Shown here piece by piece: positions 48,641 to 58,104 of a stretch of 64,000 nt of DNA (the first letter of the stretch is position 1; each line of letters begins with the position of its first letter). Source of the stretch: Gammaproteobacteria bacterium (GTDB taxonomy: Bacteria > Pseudomonadota > Gammaproteobacteria > Enterobacterales > Alteromonadaceae); assembly GCA_018825965.1 (NCBI GenBank), contig JAHKAA010000051.1, forward strand, positions 28,032-92,031, in the 5' to 3' direction. The notes beneath the pieces were generated by a model that was not told the DNA's origin, did not search any database, and was given only the letters and a program-made list of their open reading frames with translations. Both the position numbers and the translations under genes were made by a program.

Positions 48641-50266
48641 CTACTGCAATGATTTATCCCTGATTGCTTTAAATTCTTTACCAGGTAACCAGTTGGGCCA
48701 GCTTTGGCTGTTCGCCACTTCTAAGCCAACCTGATAAAACAGAAATAAATCCTGCTGCGAACCGCGTAAATCCCATTTGGGGTCGAACTCGTCATTGACC
48801 TTATGGTAGTAATCTGTGACGTAGTTTTTACGTTGCTGTAAGCCCCAGTCTTTACCATGAGCTACGCTGTCGATGCCACCACGGGCGTACAGCATAGGCA
48901 CACCTTTTTTCGCCAGATTAAAGTGGTCTGAGCGGTAGTAAAAACCATCCTGCGGTGTAGGTTCAGGCGCTATATAGCGGTTTTGCGCTTTGGCGTATTT
49001 GTCCAGTATAGGCTCAAGCTCTGAGCTGCCGTAACCAAACACCATCACATCCCGCATAGGGCCATAGACATTCATAATGTCCATATTGATACCGGCCACT
49101 GTTTTATTCACCGGAAACAACGGATGTTCTGCGTACCAGGCTGAACCCAATAAGCCCCGCTCTTCCACAGTAACCGCAAGAAAAGCGATAGAACGTTCTG
49201 GTGCCGGGCCTTGCTTAAACTTTTCAGCCAGCGCTAATAAAGCAGCTACACCGCCCGCATTGTCTTGTGCGCCGTTAAAAACCTTGTCGTCGCTGCGGCT
49301 GAAATCCAGACCAAAATGGTCCCAGTGCGCCATATAAATAACAGCTTCATCCGGCTTTTTACTGCCAGGAATAAAACCTATGACATTATTGGAATCAATT
49401 TCGCGCAGGTTGTTTTTGATACTGATACTGGCTTTGGCATGCAGTGGTATAGCTTTAAAGTCAGGCTTTAAGGCTTTGGTTTTCATCTCTTTTAAGCTGC
49501 TGCCATTGGCGGCAAATAAGCGCTCAGCGGCGTCCAGCGATAACCAGCCTTCCACTTCGGCTTTGTGCATGTTTTTATTGGCATTAGCCAGTTCAAAACG
49601 GATAGGACTGGTGCCTGCCACAACGTTCCAGCCGTAACTGGCTGCTTCAGTTTCGTGCACTATCAGCACCATAGCAGCGCCCTGACGGGCCGCTTCTTCG
49701 TATTTGTAAGTCCAGCGGCCATAATAGGTCATGGCGTTGCCGGTAAAGAGCTTGGCATCCTGAGTGGCAAAACCCGGGTCATTCACCAGCACAACCACTG
49801 TTTTGCCTTTTACATCTAAATTTTTGTAATCGTTCCAGTTGTATTCAGGCGCCACTATGCCGTAACCGACAAACACCATCTCGCTGTTTTCAACTTTAAT
49901 CTCCGGCAACATACGGGTCGACCAGGCCATCATATCGGTTTTGTAACCCAGAGTAGCTGCGGTTTTGTCCCCTGTTAAAGTCATGCCGGATACCGCCACA
50001 GGGTCAATTTGCACCACAGGCACAGCCTGGCGGTAACTGCCGTTTTTATAAGGGGTTAAACCTAAACGTTTAAACTCAGTTTCAAGGTAAGCCACAGTGC
50101 GCTTTTCACCTTCAGTAGCAGGAGCGCGACCTTGTAGTTCATCCGATGCTATTTTTTCAAAATAGCCGGAAAATTTAGGGTTAAACTCGGTTTGTACCAA
50201 AGCTTCATCAGCAGCACAGACTGCAAATACAGAGGTCAGAGCAAGAATGCTCCATATCTTCTTCAT
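48641..50266 (-). CDS. M28 family metallopeptidase with PA domain
   Basis: AHWDH, NGAQDNAGG, VTVEERGLLGS, NMD, RSDH and YHKVND; ATG at 50266 after AAGGA. Confidence 0.93.
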   Translation of the reverse strand: MKKIWSILALTSVFAVCAADEALVQTEFNPKFSGYFEKIASDELQGRAPATEGEKRTVAYLETEFKRLGLTPYKNGSYRQAVPVVQIDPVAVSGMTLTGDKTAATLGYKTDMMAWSTRMLPEIKVENSEMVFVGYGIVAPEYNWNDYKNLDVKGKTVVVLVNDPGFATQDAKLFTGNAMTYYGRWTYKYEEAARQGAAMVLIVHETEAASYGWNVVAGTSPIRFELANANKNMHKAEVEGWLSLDAAERLFAANGSSLKEMKTKALKPDFKAIPLHAKASISIKNNLREIDSNNVIGFIPGSKKPDEAVIYMAHWDHFGLDFSRSDDKVFNGAQDNAGGVAALLALAEKFKQGPAPERSIAFLAVTVEERGLLGSAWYAEHPLFPVNKTVAGINMDIMNVYGPMRDVMVFGYGSSELEPILDKYAKAQNRYIAPEPTPQDGFYYRSDHFNLAKKGVPMLYARGGIDSVAHGKDWGLQQRKNYVTDYYHKVNDEFDPKWDLRGSQQDLFLFYQVGLEVANSQSWPNWLPGKEFKAIRDKSLQ

Positions 50267-50380
50267 GTTGTATTCCTTAAAAAAGGCACGGTACATTGGC
50301 CTCTAAATGTAAGGCAAAACCGAAAGTCTGCCTTGTCGTCAGTTAATAAATGACCTGCTGAACAATCTGCGTACCGTAGC

Positions 50381-50929
50381 TTATTCGCAACCAAATGCAG
50401 TTAACTCCAGTTGTTTTACATGCTCCATGTAACGATCGGAATGCTCTATCATCAGTAAATTCTCATGCTGGTAAAAACTAAATTCTCCCAGCCAGTCCAG
50501 TTTGGCGATGGGTTGCAGCCTGTAGAAACCATACTCATTGCGGCAAAGGTAAGAAAAATAGTGATAAGACTTGCCTATAGCGCCAGTATCAACGGTATAA
50601 ACATAAATATTGCCGTTTTCACGGTCGGACTGTTCACTGACACCAGACGCCAGATAAACCATACATACCAGAGCAAGAATAACACTATGTAGAGTGCCTG
50701 CTATCATTACTGGTATTTTCAGGTAGTTAAACTTGGCCGGAACTTCAGCTCTTGAAAGCAACACCAAAGCTGCCAGCGTCAGCAGTAATTTAACAGGAAC
50801 AAGATAAGCACTAACCAGATACATTAGCCGTGGGCTGTGCCATTGCAACCCCAACGCATTTCCCATAAACAGGCTTTCAAGTAGTGGCAAAATCACGAGC
50901 AGGCAAGGAATTAAAAGCAATTTTTTCAT
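50381..50929 (-). CDS. Hypothetical membrane protein
   Basis: 182 aa with three N-terminal hydrophobic helices. Confidence 0.6.
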   Translation of the reverse strand: MKKLLLIPCLLVILPLLESLFMGNALGLQWHSPRLMYLVSAYLVPVKLLLTLAALVLLSRAEVPAKFNYLKIPVMIAGTLHSVILALVCMVYLASGVSEQSDRENGNIYVYTVDTGAIGKSYHYFSYLCRNEYGFYRLQPIAKLDWLGEFSFYQHENLLMIEHSDRYMEHVKQLELTAFGCE

Positions 50930-51001
50930 TAAATATCAATCGAATGCAATGTCTGCCCTTACTTTAATCCGAAAGGTCATCAATCACCAGAGCCAAAAAC
51001 A

Positions 51002-51044
51002 GGATCAGATCACAGTGTTAAGGGTTAACTATGTGATCTGACCC
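51002..51044. repeat. REP-like palindrome, GGGTCAGATC family
   Basis: GGATCAGATCACA-N17-TGTGATCTGACCC. Confidence 0.55.
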
Positions 51045-51053
51045 ATTTTCAGT

Positions 51054-52757
51054 TTATTTGGCAGCTAAAGATGCGTCGCGAATTGCACGGAACTCACGGC
51101 CTTCGAACCAGTTTGGCCACTGCTGAGAATTCGCCAGCTCGTTACCTACCTGATAGAACACATTCATATCCTGCTGCACACCACGTAAATCCCAGCTGTC
51201 GTCAAATTCGTCAGCGGCTTTGTGGTAACAACAAACGTTGTATTCTTTTTTCTTAGCGGCGCCCCACTCTTTACCATGCTCAAAACTGTCGATGCCACCT
51301 TTAGCGTACAGCATAGGCACCCCTACTTTGGCCAGATTGAAGTGGTCTGAGCGGTAGAAAGAACCGTGTTCAGGACTTGGCTCAGGTGCCACATAACGGC
51401 CCTGCTGTTCAGTGTATTTGGTCAGAATGCTTTCCAGCTCTGAGTTGTTATAGCCAACCACCACCATATCTTTCATCGGACCATAGACGTTCATCACGTC
51501 CATATTGATGCCTGCTACGGTTTTGTTCAGTGGGAACACAGGGTTTTGTGCATACCAGGCAGAACCTAATAAACCGCGCTCTTCAGCCGTAACAGCCAGG
51601 AAAGCCACTGAACGTTTTGGTTTAGGCGCTTTCGCAAAATGTTCAGCTAAGGCCATGATGGCGGCTGTACCACTGGCATTGTCCTGTGCACCATTAAACA
51701 CTTTGTCTTTTGGATTGGAGAAATCCACCCCTAAGTGATCCCAGTGCGCCATATAGAGCACCACTTCGTCCGGTTTTTCTGAGCCTTCGATATAACCCAT
51801 CACATTGTTGGACGTCAGTTCACTGATATTATTTTTCACTGAAACCGAAGCTTTTACTCCCATTGGCACAGCTGCAAAGTCTTTACTCAGCGCTTTTTGA
51901 CGCATAGTGTCAATATCAGTACCCATAGAAGCAAAGAGTTGCTGAGCTGATTCAGTGGTCAGCCAGCCTTCTACTTTGGATCTGTCCATATTTTTATTGG
52001 CATTGATCAGATCAAATTTAGTAGGTGAACCCCCTGCTACCACCTGCCAGCCGTAAGAAGCAGGTTCAGTTTCATGGATAACCAATGCCATAGCCGCCCC
52101 CTGACGGGCCGCTTCTTCAAACTTATAAGTCCAGCGACCGTAATAGGTCATGGCATTGCCACTAAACAGATTTGGATCTTTGGTAGCAAAACCCGGATCG
52201 TTGACAAACATCACTACGGTTTTACCTTTAACATCCAGGCCTTCGTAGTCGTTCCAGTCGTATTCGGGAGCTACTATGCCGTAACCGACAAAAACCAGTT
52301 CACTGTCTTTGACTTCAACCTGTTCCGTCACTTGCGTGGTCCAGGCCATCATTTGTTCTTTGTATTTCAGCTCTGTGTTCAGCTTGTCGCCCGACAGTTG
52401 CATGCCAGAGACTTCTTTAGGATCAATACGCACTAAAGACACGCTCTGCAGGTAGCTGTCGCCATTAATGCCTTTTAAACCAATACGTTTAAATTGTTCA
52501 GAGATATAGTTAATGGTTTTTTCTTCGCCCGGCGTGGCAGGCATACGGCCCTGAAATTCATCAGAAGCCAGAGTTTTTAAGTAATCTTTATAGGCTGAAT
52601 TAAATTCAGTCCCCATCAAAGCACTGGCAGCTTTGGCGGATTCAACTGCTGCTGTGGCCGCACTTTGCTCTTGTTCAGCTGGTTTAGAACAAGCTGTTAA
52701 AGTTAAAGCGGCCATCATGGTCAGCGTTGTAGCTGAAAACCAAAATTGTGGTCTCAT
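51054..52757 (-). CDS. M28 family metallopeptidase with PA domain, lipoprotein; paralog of 48641-50266
   Basis: Lipobox LTAC, AHWDH, NGAQDNASG, TAEERGLLGS and RSDHFN. Confidence 0.93.
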   Translation of the reverse strand: MRPQFWFSATTLTMMAALTLTACSKPAEQEQSAATAAVESAKAASALMGTEFNSAYKDYLKTLASDEFQGRMPATPGEEKTINYISEQFKRIGLKGINGDSYLQSVSLVRIDPKEVSGMQLSGDKLNTELKYKEQMMAWTTQVTEQVEVKDSELVFVGYGIVAPEYDWNDYEGLDVKGKTVVMFVNDPGFATKDPNLFSGNAMTYYGRWTYKFEEAARQGAAMALVIHETEPASYGWQVVAGGSPTKFDLINANKNMDRSKVEGWLTTESAQQLFASMGTDIDTMRQKALSKDFAAVPMGVKASVSVKNNISELTSNNVMGYIEGSEKPDEVVLYMAHWDHLGVDFSNPKDKVFNGAQDNASGTAAIMALAEHFAKAPKPKRSVAFLAVTAEERGLLGSAWYAQNPVFPLNKTVAGINMDVMNVYGPMKDMVVVGYNNSELESILTKYTEQQGRYVAPEPSPEHGSFYRSDHFNLAKVGVPMLYAKGGIDSFEHGKEWGAAKKKEYNVCCYHKAADEFDDSWDLRGVQQDMNVFYQVGNELANSQQWPNWFEGREFRAIRDASLAAK

Positions 52758-52885
52758 AACACTCCCGGATTATAATTTTTAAGTTTTTGAGTACATAGTA
52801 TTTGATACTAACCAAGACAGCTGCAACGCACCAGATCAGTGGTCGCAGCTTTTGCCCCGTTAAAGGAGAAATGGCACTATTTAGC

Positions 52886-53485
52886 TTATTTAGCCGCGCC
52901 CCAGTTTGCTTTTGGTAAAGCGACTGCTTTAGTTAAATCAAAATCGACACGAAATTCACGGCCTTCGCGGGTTAACCTGTAGCTAAAACTTTCGTTAGGG
53001 TATAAATACATATGCCAGGTATTGCCAACAGACTGTGGCGTTTTAGTTTTGATAAACAGGTTTTTCGAATAATCGTCAGCAGGGAAACTCTGAGCTTCAG
53101 TCCAGCCAGGAGTCGAAGTGTGGCCGCCGTACATAGTAGAGAGGTCATCGCTGCCATCTTCATGTTTATGCTGATGCTGTAACTGAAGGCCATCAGCTGT
53201 TTTAGTGATAATCCAGGTGCGTGAACGGTTTTCACCCACGACAAAAGGCACCTGAATTTGTGTGTCGCTGCAATCGCGCACATGCATCACCATGTCGCCG
53301 CTAAAAGCCGCACCTGGCTGATTATCCAATGTGGTTTTACCGGCAAAAGCTTTACCACAAAGCGATTTTAATTGATCAAAAAACTGCAACTGTGCCGGGC
53401 TCGGTACCGCCACTACAGATAAAGAAGTAAGGCAAGTTGCTAAAGTGAAGGTGTTGATAAGTAATGTTTTTTTAGTTATGTACAT
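52886..53485 (-). CDS. Secreted hypothetical protein
   Basis: ATG at 53485 after AGGAG; motif FF..L..LCGKAF.G...MHVRDCSD..I.VPF.VGENRSRTW..L.H.H.HEDGS.D..TMYGG. Confidence 0.8.
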   Translation of the reverse strand: MYITKKTLLINTFTLATCLTSLSVVAVPSPAQLQFFDQLKSLCGKAFAGKTTLDNQPGAAFSGDMVMHVRDCSDTQIQVPFVVGENRSRTWIITKTADGLQLQHQHKHEDGSDDLSTMYGGHTSTPGWTEAQSFPADDYSKNLFIKTKTPQSVGNTWHMYLYPNESFSYRLTREGREFRVDFDLTKAVALPKANWGAAK

Positions 53486-53564
53486 CAGTGGACTCCTTTT
53501 TAGTCTCCGCACTATACCTTTATTAGCGGCAAAAACGCAAAGCGCCACAACAGCAGGAAATGTG

Positions 53565-53831
53565 ATGCAAAACTTAATAGATGCAAAGTTGCTGATGAAA
53601 GCATTCAGCAAAGTCGAACAGCAAGGCAAGCCAGTGGACACTCCTTTTGGTAAAGGTTTTGAACTGGATGGAATGACCATCGCCAGCGGCTTTGATGGCT
53701 ACGATTTATATTTTATGGCTGATCAGGTGACTGTGACTTTAGGTTTTCATCAGAAATATCATATAGATGCAAAAGACGAAGAACATATAGAGCAGTTTAT
53801 CCAGCGTTTAAAGCGCATAGAGGCCAAATAA
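53565..53831 (+). CDS. DUF3081-like hypothetical protein
   Basis: CAGGAAA RBS; LDG.T...FDGY.LY...VT..LGFHQKYH.D...EEH..QF pattern. Confidence 0.6.
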   Translation: MQNLIDAKLLMKAFSKVEQQGKPVDTPFGKGFELDGMTIASGFDGYDLYFMADQVTVTLGFHQKYHIDAKDEEHIEQFIQRLKRIEAK

Positions 53832-53843
53832 GTCTGACCACAA

Positions 53844-53859
53844 CTGCAAACGTATGCAG
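53844..53859. promoter_or_regulatory. LacI-type operator upstream of the GH13 gene
   Basis: CTGCAAACGTATGCAG, a 16-bp near-palindrome with central CG, about 60 bp before the start. Confidence 0.6.
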
Positions 53860-53921
53860 CCTGAGTTCAGAGCCAATGGCCTGTGTTAGCATAAGGAAAA
53901 ACGACATGGATACAGACGAAG

Positions 53922-55853
53922 ATGCAATTTTCTATTTATTCCAGAAGCAGCCGCAAAAAAGCCTGGTTGCTCAGCGCCTTTGCTTTGGCTTTATTAGCGT
54001 CATGCGGTAAAGCGCCAGTGCAGAACCAGACGCCAGCTACAGAAGCCAAAAAAGCAGCAGAAAAACCAGCCCCGGCACAAGCCGAAACTCAGACAGGCAA
54101 GGTGGTGGTGTATCAGATGTTCACCCGCTTGTTTGGCAATAGCAACAGCACCAATCAGCCCTGGGGCAGTATTGAACAAAACGGTGTTGGCAAATTTAAC
54201 GATATCAATGAGGCTGCGCTCAAAGGCATTAAAGAGCTGGGCGCAAGCTATGTCTGGTACACAGGTATTTTGCACCATGCAGTGATCCGCGATTACAGTG
54301 CTTATGGCATTAGCCACGACGACCCTGATGTGGTGAAAGGCCGCGCAGGTTCTCCTTATGCGGTCAAAGATTATTACAGCGTCAACCCGGATTTAGCTGT
54401 AGACCCGGCCAAACGACTGGAAGAATTTCAGGCACTCGTGAACCGCACTCATGCACAGGGGTTAAAAGTCATTATTGATATAGTGCCAAACCATGTGGCA
54501 CGTCACTATCAATCACTGCATAAACCCGAAGGTATTGAAGATTTTGGTGCCAACGACGACACCAGTGTGGAATACAAACGCGACAACAACTTTTATTACG
54601 TAGTGGGCCAGCCTTTTCAGGTGCCTGAACCACAAAATGGTTATCAACCTTTGGGCGGCGAAGCCCATCCACTGTCTGACGGTAAATTTGAAGAGAACCC
54701 GGCGAAATGGACAGGCAATGGCTCTCGTTTAGCTCAGCCGGATTTTAACGACTGGTATGAAACTGTAAAAGTAAACTACGGCGTCAAACCAGACGGCAGT
54801 TACGACTTTGATAGTCTGCCTGCCGACTATGCCACTAAATCAGTACAGGAACATGCCGCCTTCTGGCAAGGAAAAAACGTACCCAACTCCTGGCTGAAAT
54901 TCCGTGATATCACCTTCTACTGGCTGGATAAAGGCGTAGACGGTTTCCGTTTTGATATGGCCGAAATGGTTCCGGTGGAATTCTGGAGCTTTTTAAACTC
55001 CAGCATTAAAAGCAAAAACCCAAATGCCTTTTTATTGGCTGAAGTCTATAACCCGGCCTTGTACCGTGACTACATTCGTTTAGGCAAAATGGATTATCTG
55101 TACGACAAAGTGGAAATGTACGATAGCTTAAAGCTGGTGATGCAAGGCAAAGGCAGCACAGATGCTATAGCCCGGGTGCAACAAGGTATGGCGGATATTG
55201 AACATCATATGCTGCACTTTTTAGAAAACCACGACGAGCAGCGTATTGCCGCCCCTGAATTCGCCGGTGACGCGAATAAAGCCAAACCAGCCATGGTGGT
55301 GTCAGCCTTGATCAGCAGCTCTCCCACTATGTTGTATTTTGGTCAGGAGGTCGGTGAAGCAGGCGCTTTAGATTCAGGTTTTGGCGACCCAAGCCGCACT
55401 AGTATTTTTGATTACGCTGGTGTACCAGCCCATCAAAATTGGTTAAATGGCGGCAAATACGACGGTGGAAAACTGACGGACGAGCAAAAGCAACTGCGTG
55501 AGTTTTATAAAAAGCTAATGACCTTATCAGCCACAGAAGCCGTATTTAAAGGTGCTTACCAGGAGCTGCATACAGTCAACAAAACCACAAAAGGTTACAC
55601 GGATAAAACCTATGCTTTCGCCCGCTTTAACGATACAACTAAAGTGATAGTGGCCAGCAACTTTGCAGCTACAGCCACTAGTTTTGCGCTTAAACTACCA
55701 GCAGAGTTACTGCAACAATGGCAGCTGAGCGGCGGCGATATTGAATTAAAAGATATGTTGTCTGAACGTAAAGCTTCGTTAAAAGTGGCAGGTGATCAAG
55801 CTTCAGTGCAAATCGATTTAGCTCCACTGGAGTCTGTGGTGTTGAAGTTTTGA
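53922..55853 (+). CDS. GH13 alpha-amylase family glycosidase, lipoprotein
   Basis: Lipobox LASC, IIDIVPNH, VDGFRFDMAEM, LLAEVY, FLENHDE and YFGQEVG. Confidence 0.92.
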   Translation: MQFSIYSRSSRKKAWLLSAFALALLASCGKAPVQNQTPATEAKKAAEKPAPAQAETQTGKVVVYQMFTRLFGNSNSTNQPWGSIEQNGVGKFNDINEAALKGIKELGASYVWYTGILHHAVIRDYSAYGISHDDPDVVKGRAGSPYAVKDYYSVNPDLAVDPAKRLEEFQALVNRTHAQGLKVIIDIVPNHVARHYQSLHKPEGIEDFGANDDTSVEYKRDNNFYYVVGQPFQVPEPQNGYQPLGGEAHPLSDGKFEENPAKWTGNGSRLAQPDFNDWYETVKVNYGVKPDGSYDFDSLPADYATKSVQEHAAFWQGKNVPNSWLKFRDITFYWLDKGVDGFRFDMAEMVPVEFWSFLNSSIKSKNPNAFLLAEVYNPALYRDYIRLGKMDYLYDKVEMYDSLKLVMQGKGSTDAIARVQQGMADIEHHMLHFLENHDEQRIAAPEFAGDANKAKPAMVVSALISSSPTMLYFGQEVGEAGALDSGFGDPSRTSIFDYAGVPAHQNWLNGGKYDGGKLTDEQKQLREFYKKLMTLSATEAVFKGAYQELHTVNKTTKGYTDKTYAFARFNDTTKVIVASNFAATATSFALKLPAELLQQWQLSGGDIELKDMLSERKASLKVAGDQASVQIDLAPLESVVLKF

Positions 55854-55879
55854 TGGTTTGAGCTCGAGAGTTATATTTA

Positions 55880-55910
55880 AGTTAAAAGGCGCCACTGGCG
55901 CCTTTTAACT
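55880..55910. terminator. Bidirectional terminator
   Basis: AGTTAAAAGGCGCCA-c-TGGCGCCTTTTAACT. Confidence 0.8.
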
Positions 55911-55980
55911 TTTGGGGCTGATTTACACAATCTGTCCGGGATACGACCAAAGCCTCAAAAAGCTATCTCTGTGCTGATGT

Positions 55981-56217
55981 CTACTTACAAAACAGTGTTT
56001 TAAAAAGCTCTTCTGACTTTTTTAACCCTTGATCCGTAAAAACCACTGACTTTGTTTTGCTTTTCGGGTCGAGGATAAAACCTTTTTCATAAAGCCGGTT
56101 TGTCAGATCCCAATCCAGTTGTTTCCATGCCCGGCGCTGTTCATGCAGGGTCAGATAAAGCAAAGCCAGGGCAGCGTCGTCTATTTTATCTTCATCAATA
56201 TCCATGGTTTTCTCCAC
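55981..56217 (-). CDS. DUF6429-like small protein
   Basis: IDDAALALLYL...RAWKQLDWD..NRLYEKGFI.DP..K.KSVVFTD.G. Confidence 0.75.
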   Translation of the reverse strand: MEKTMDIDEDKIDDAALALLYLTLHEQRRAWKQLDWDLTNRLYEKGFILDPKSKTKSVVFTDQGLKKSEELFKTLFCK

Positions 56218-56286
56218 TTTGGTGTGCTGAAAAGGAGTTTAGCCGCACTTCGACCTGCTTGCATAAACCAGCTGGCCTACCACCAC

Positions 56287-56388
56287 TGTCTGATATATCA
56301 GACAAAAACACAGAGAAGCGGCCAAAATTGCTTGATATAGTAGACAAAAAAACACAAATCTTGTATTTTGTGACTAATATAGTAGACG
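56287..56388. promoter_or_regulatory. Three 18-bp operators at a 42-bp period upstream of hipA
   Basis: Perfect palindrome TGTCTGATATATCAGACA at 56287-56304, plus 14/18 and 13/18 copies at 56329-56346 and 56371-56388. Confidence 0.75.
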
Positions 56389-56410
56389 AAAGGCAATTCA
56401 GGTCGATTTT

Positions 56411-57730
56411 ATGCAGCTCACATTGCAGCTTTTTAATGATGGCTTCTGGCAGGATGCGTACCAGCTTAGATTAGATAAGACCGAACTTGGCCGACGTGGC
56501 ACAGTATTATTTCAGCCACTTCCTGCTTATGCTCGTCATTACTTCGATGATGTGGGATCCTTTAGTTTTTCTGCTCAGTATCCAGTAAACCCAATGGATA
56601 TCCAAGGCTTCAAGCACTGGCCTGCAGTCTTTGATGACATTATGCCTATGGGCTATGGCCGTACTTTATGGCTGGATTTACTTGGTTTACAACGTGAAAC
56701 CACAGAAATGCAGGATCTTGAATTATTGCGCCTTGGCACTATAGCGCCTGTTGGTAATATGCGCATTAAAGAAGCTATTGCCGACGTTGCATCACAGCAC
56801 AACAACACACTGGATAGTATGCGTTTTCCACAAAATGCTGTGATAGAGCGGGATCAGGATTTTTTGAACTATGCCCGTCAACGTGGTGCAGTGTCTGGCG
56901 GAGCGACAGGAGCCGGTGGAGCGGCACCAAAATTACTGATCAGACTAAATAAAAATGCTGAAGTTTGGGTCGACACTTTTCAAAATGACGATTCTGAGGA
57001 TTTACATTATCTGGTGAAATTCCCACGCGGCAATAAAGAAATAGACCGTAATATACTTCGCACTGAATACCACTACTACTGTGAATTGGCTGAACTTGGT
57101 TTTGATACTATGCAGGTGGAACATTTAAAACTGCTGGAAGGTGAACGTAATCCGTCGTTATGGTTACCTCGTTTTGACCGGGAGTTCAGCCAAAATAAAG
57201 TTCAGCGTTTTGGGCTTGAATCGGTATTTTCGTTATTAAATAAAGCTCCAGGTAGTTATCTGAACCACGAAGATGTGCTTGATACACTGAGCAAAGTGAT
57301 TAATACCATCAGCAAAGAGCAACTGACCGCAGAATATTTAAAGCGGGATCTGCTGAACCTGATGTTTGGCAACACTGACAATCATGGCCGCAATAGTGCT
57401 GTGTTGAAAAAAGGCCATCAGGTTAGCCTGGCACCTGTCTACGACTTTGCTCCTATGAAAGCAGATCCTGAAACTATTGTTCGCACTACGCACTGGAGCA
57501 ATGCCTTTGAACGGGGTGGTGATGTTTTATGGCTGAAACTTTGTGACTCATTGGCCGATTTTGGCCACCCTGACTACCTGAAATCTGAGCTTTGTGATTT
57601 AGCAGGCAAGCTATCCGGCCTGACCAACAGATTGAGAAAGCGTGGTGTGCCAGAGCAAATTTTAACTATTCCAGCCATGGGTTTTGATTATAAAGAGCAG
57701 CGATTACAGCGTTGGGGACTATTACCATGA
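56411..57730 (+). CDS. HipA-family kinase toxin
   Basis: Gly-rich GATGAGGAAPK, YLVKFP, RFDR, catalytic NTDNHGRN and LAPVYDF. Confidence 0.88.
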   Translation: MQLTLQLFNDGFWQDAYQLRLDKTELGRRGTVLFQPLPAYARHYFDDVGSFSFSAQYPVNPMDIQGFKHWPAVFDDIMPMGYGRTLWLDLLGLQRETTEMQDLELLRLGTIAPVGNMRIKEAIADVASQHNNTLDSMRFPQNAVIERDQDFLNYARQRGAVSGGATGAGGAAPKLLIRLNKNAEVWVDTFQNDDSEDLHYLVKFPRGNKEIDRNILRTEYHYYCELAELGFDTMQVEHLKLLEGERNPSLWLPRFDREFSQNKVQRFGLESVFSLLNKAPGSYLNHEDVLDTLSKVINTISKEQLTAEYLKRDLLNLMFGNTDNHGRNSAVLKKGHQVSLAPVYDFAPMKADPETIVRTTHWSNAFERGGDVLWLKLCDSLADFGHPDYLKSELCDLAGKLSGLTNRLRKRGVPEQILTIPAMGFDYKEQRLQRWGLLP

Positions 57731-58041
57731 CAAATACCGGGTCTAAAGCTCAGCCTTATAAAGACAGATTTGAGCTTAAAAACCAGTTGATCAAAGACAT
57801 GCTCGCCGGACACATCAGTTTAGGCCAGGTGGGGAAAGCCATTCGTACTCAAGGCTTACAGATGTCACAAACTGAAGTATGCAGCTTGCTGGGATTAAGC
57901 CGCCAGGTGGTCAGTGATATTGAAAATGATACAGGCAATCCACGACTGGATAGCCTGAGGTGTTACTTTAAGTTAATGGGGCTGGAGATAGCGTTGCTGC
58001 CGCGCCAGCGCACAGAGCTGGATGAACTGCTGCGCAGTTGA
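57727..58041 (+). CDS. XRE/HTH regulator, probable antitoxin or repressor
   Basis: ATGA overlap with the hipA stop; MSQTEVCSLLGLSRQVVSDIENDTGNPRLDSL. Confidence 0.85.
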   Translation: MTNTGSKAQPYKDRFELKNQLIKDMLAGHISLGQVGKAIRTQGLQMSQTEVCSLLGLSRQVVSDIENDTGNPRLDSLRCYFKLMGLEIALLPRQRTELDELLRS

Positions 58042-58104
58042 ATACTGCACAACAGTCATTGTATGCAATTCAGAAAAGGAGGCCTTTATTCACACTGCGG
58101 CCAA

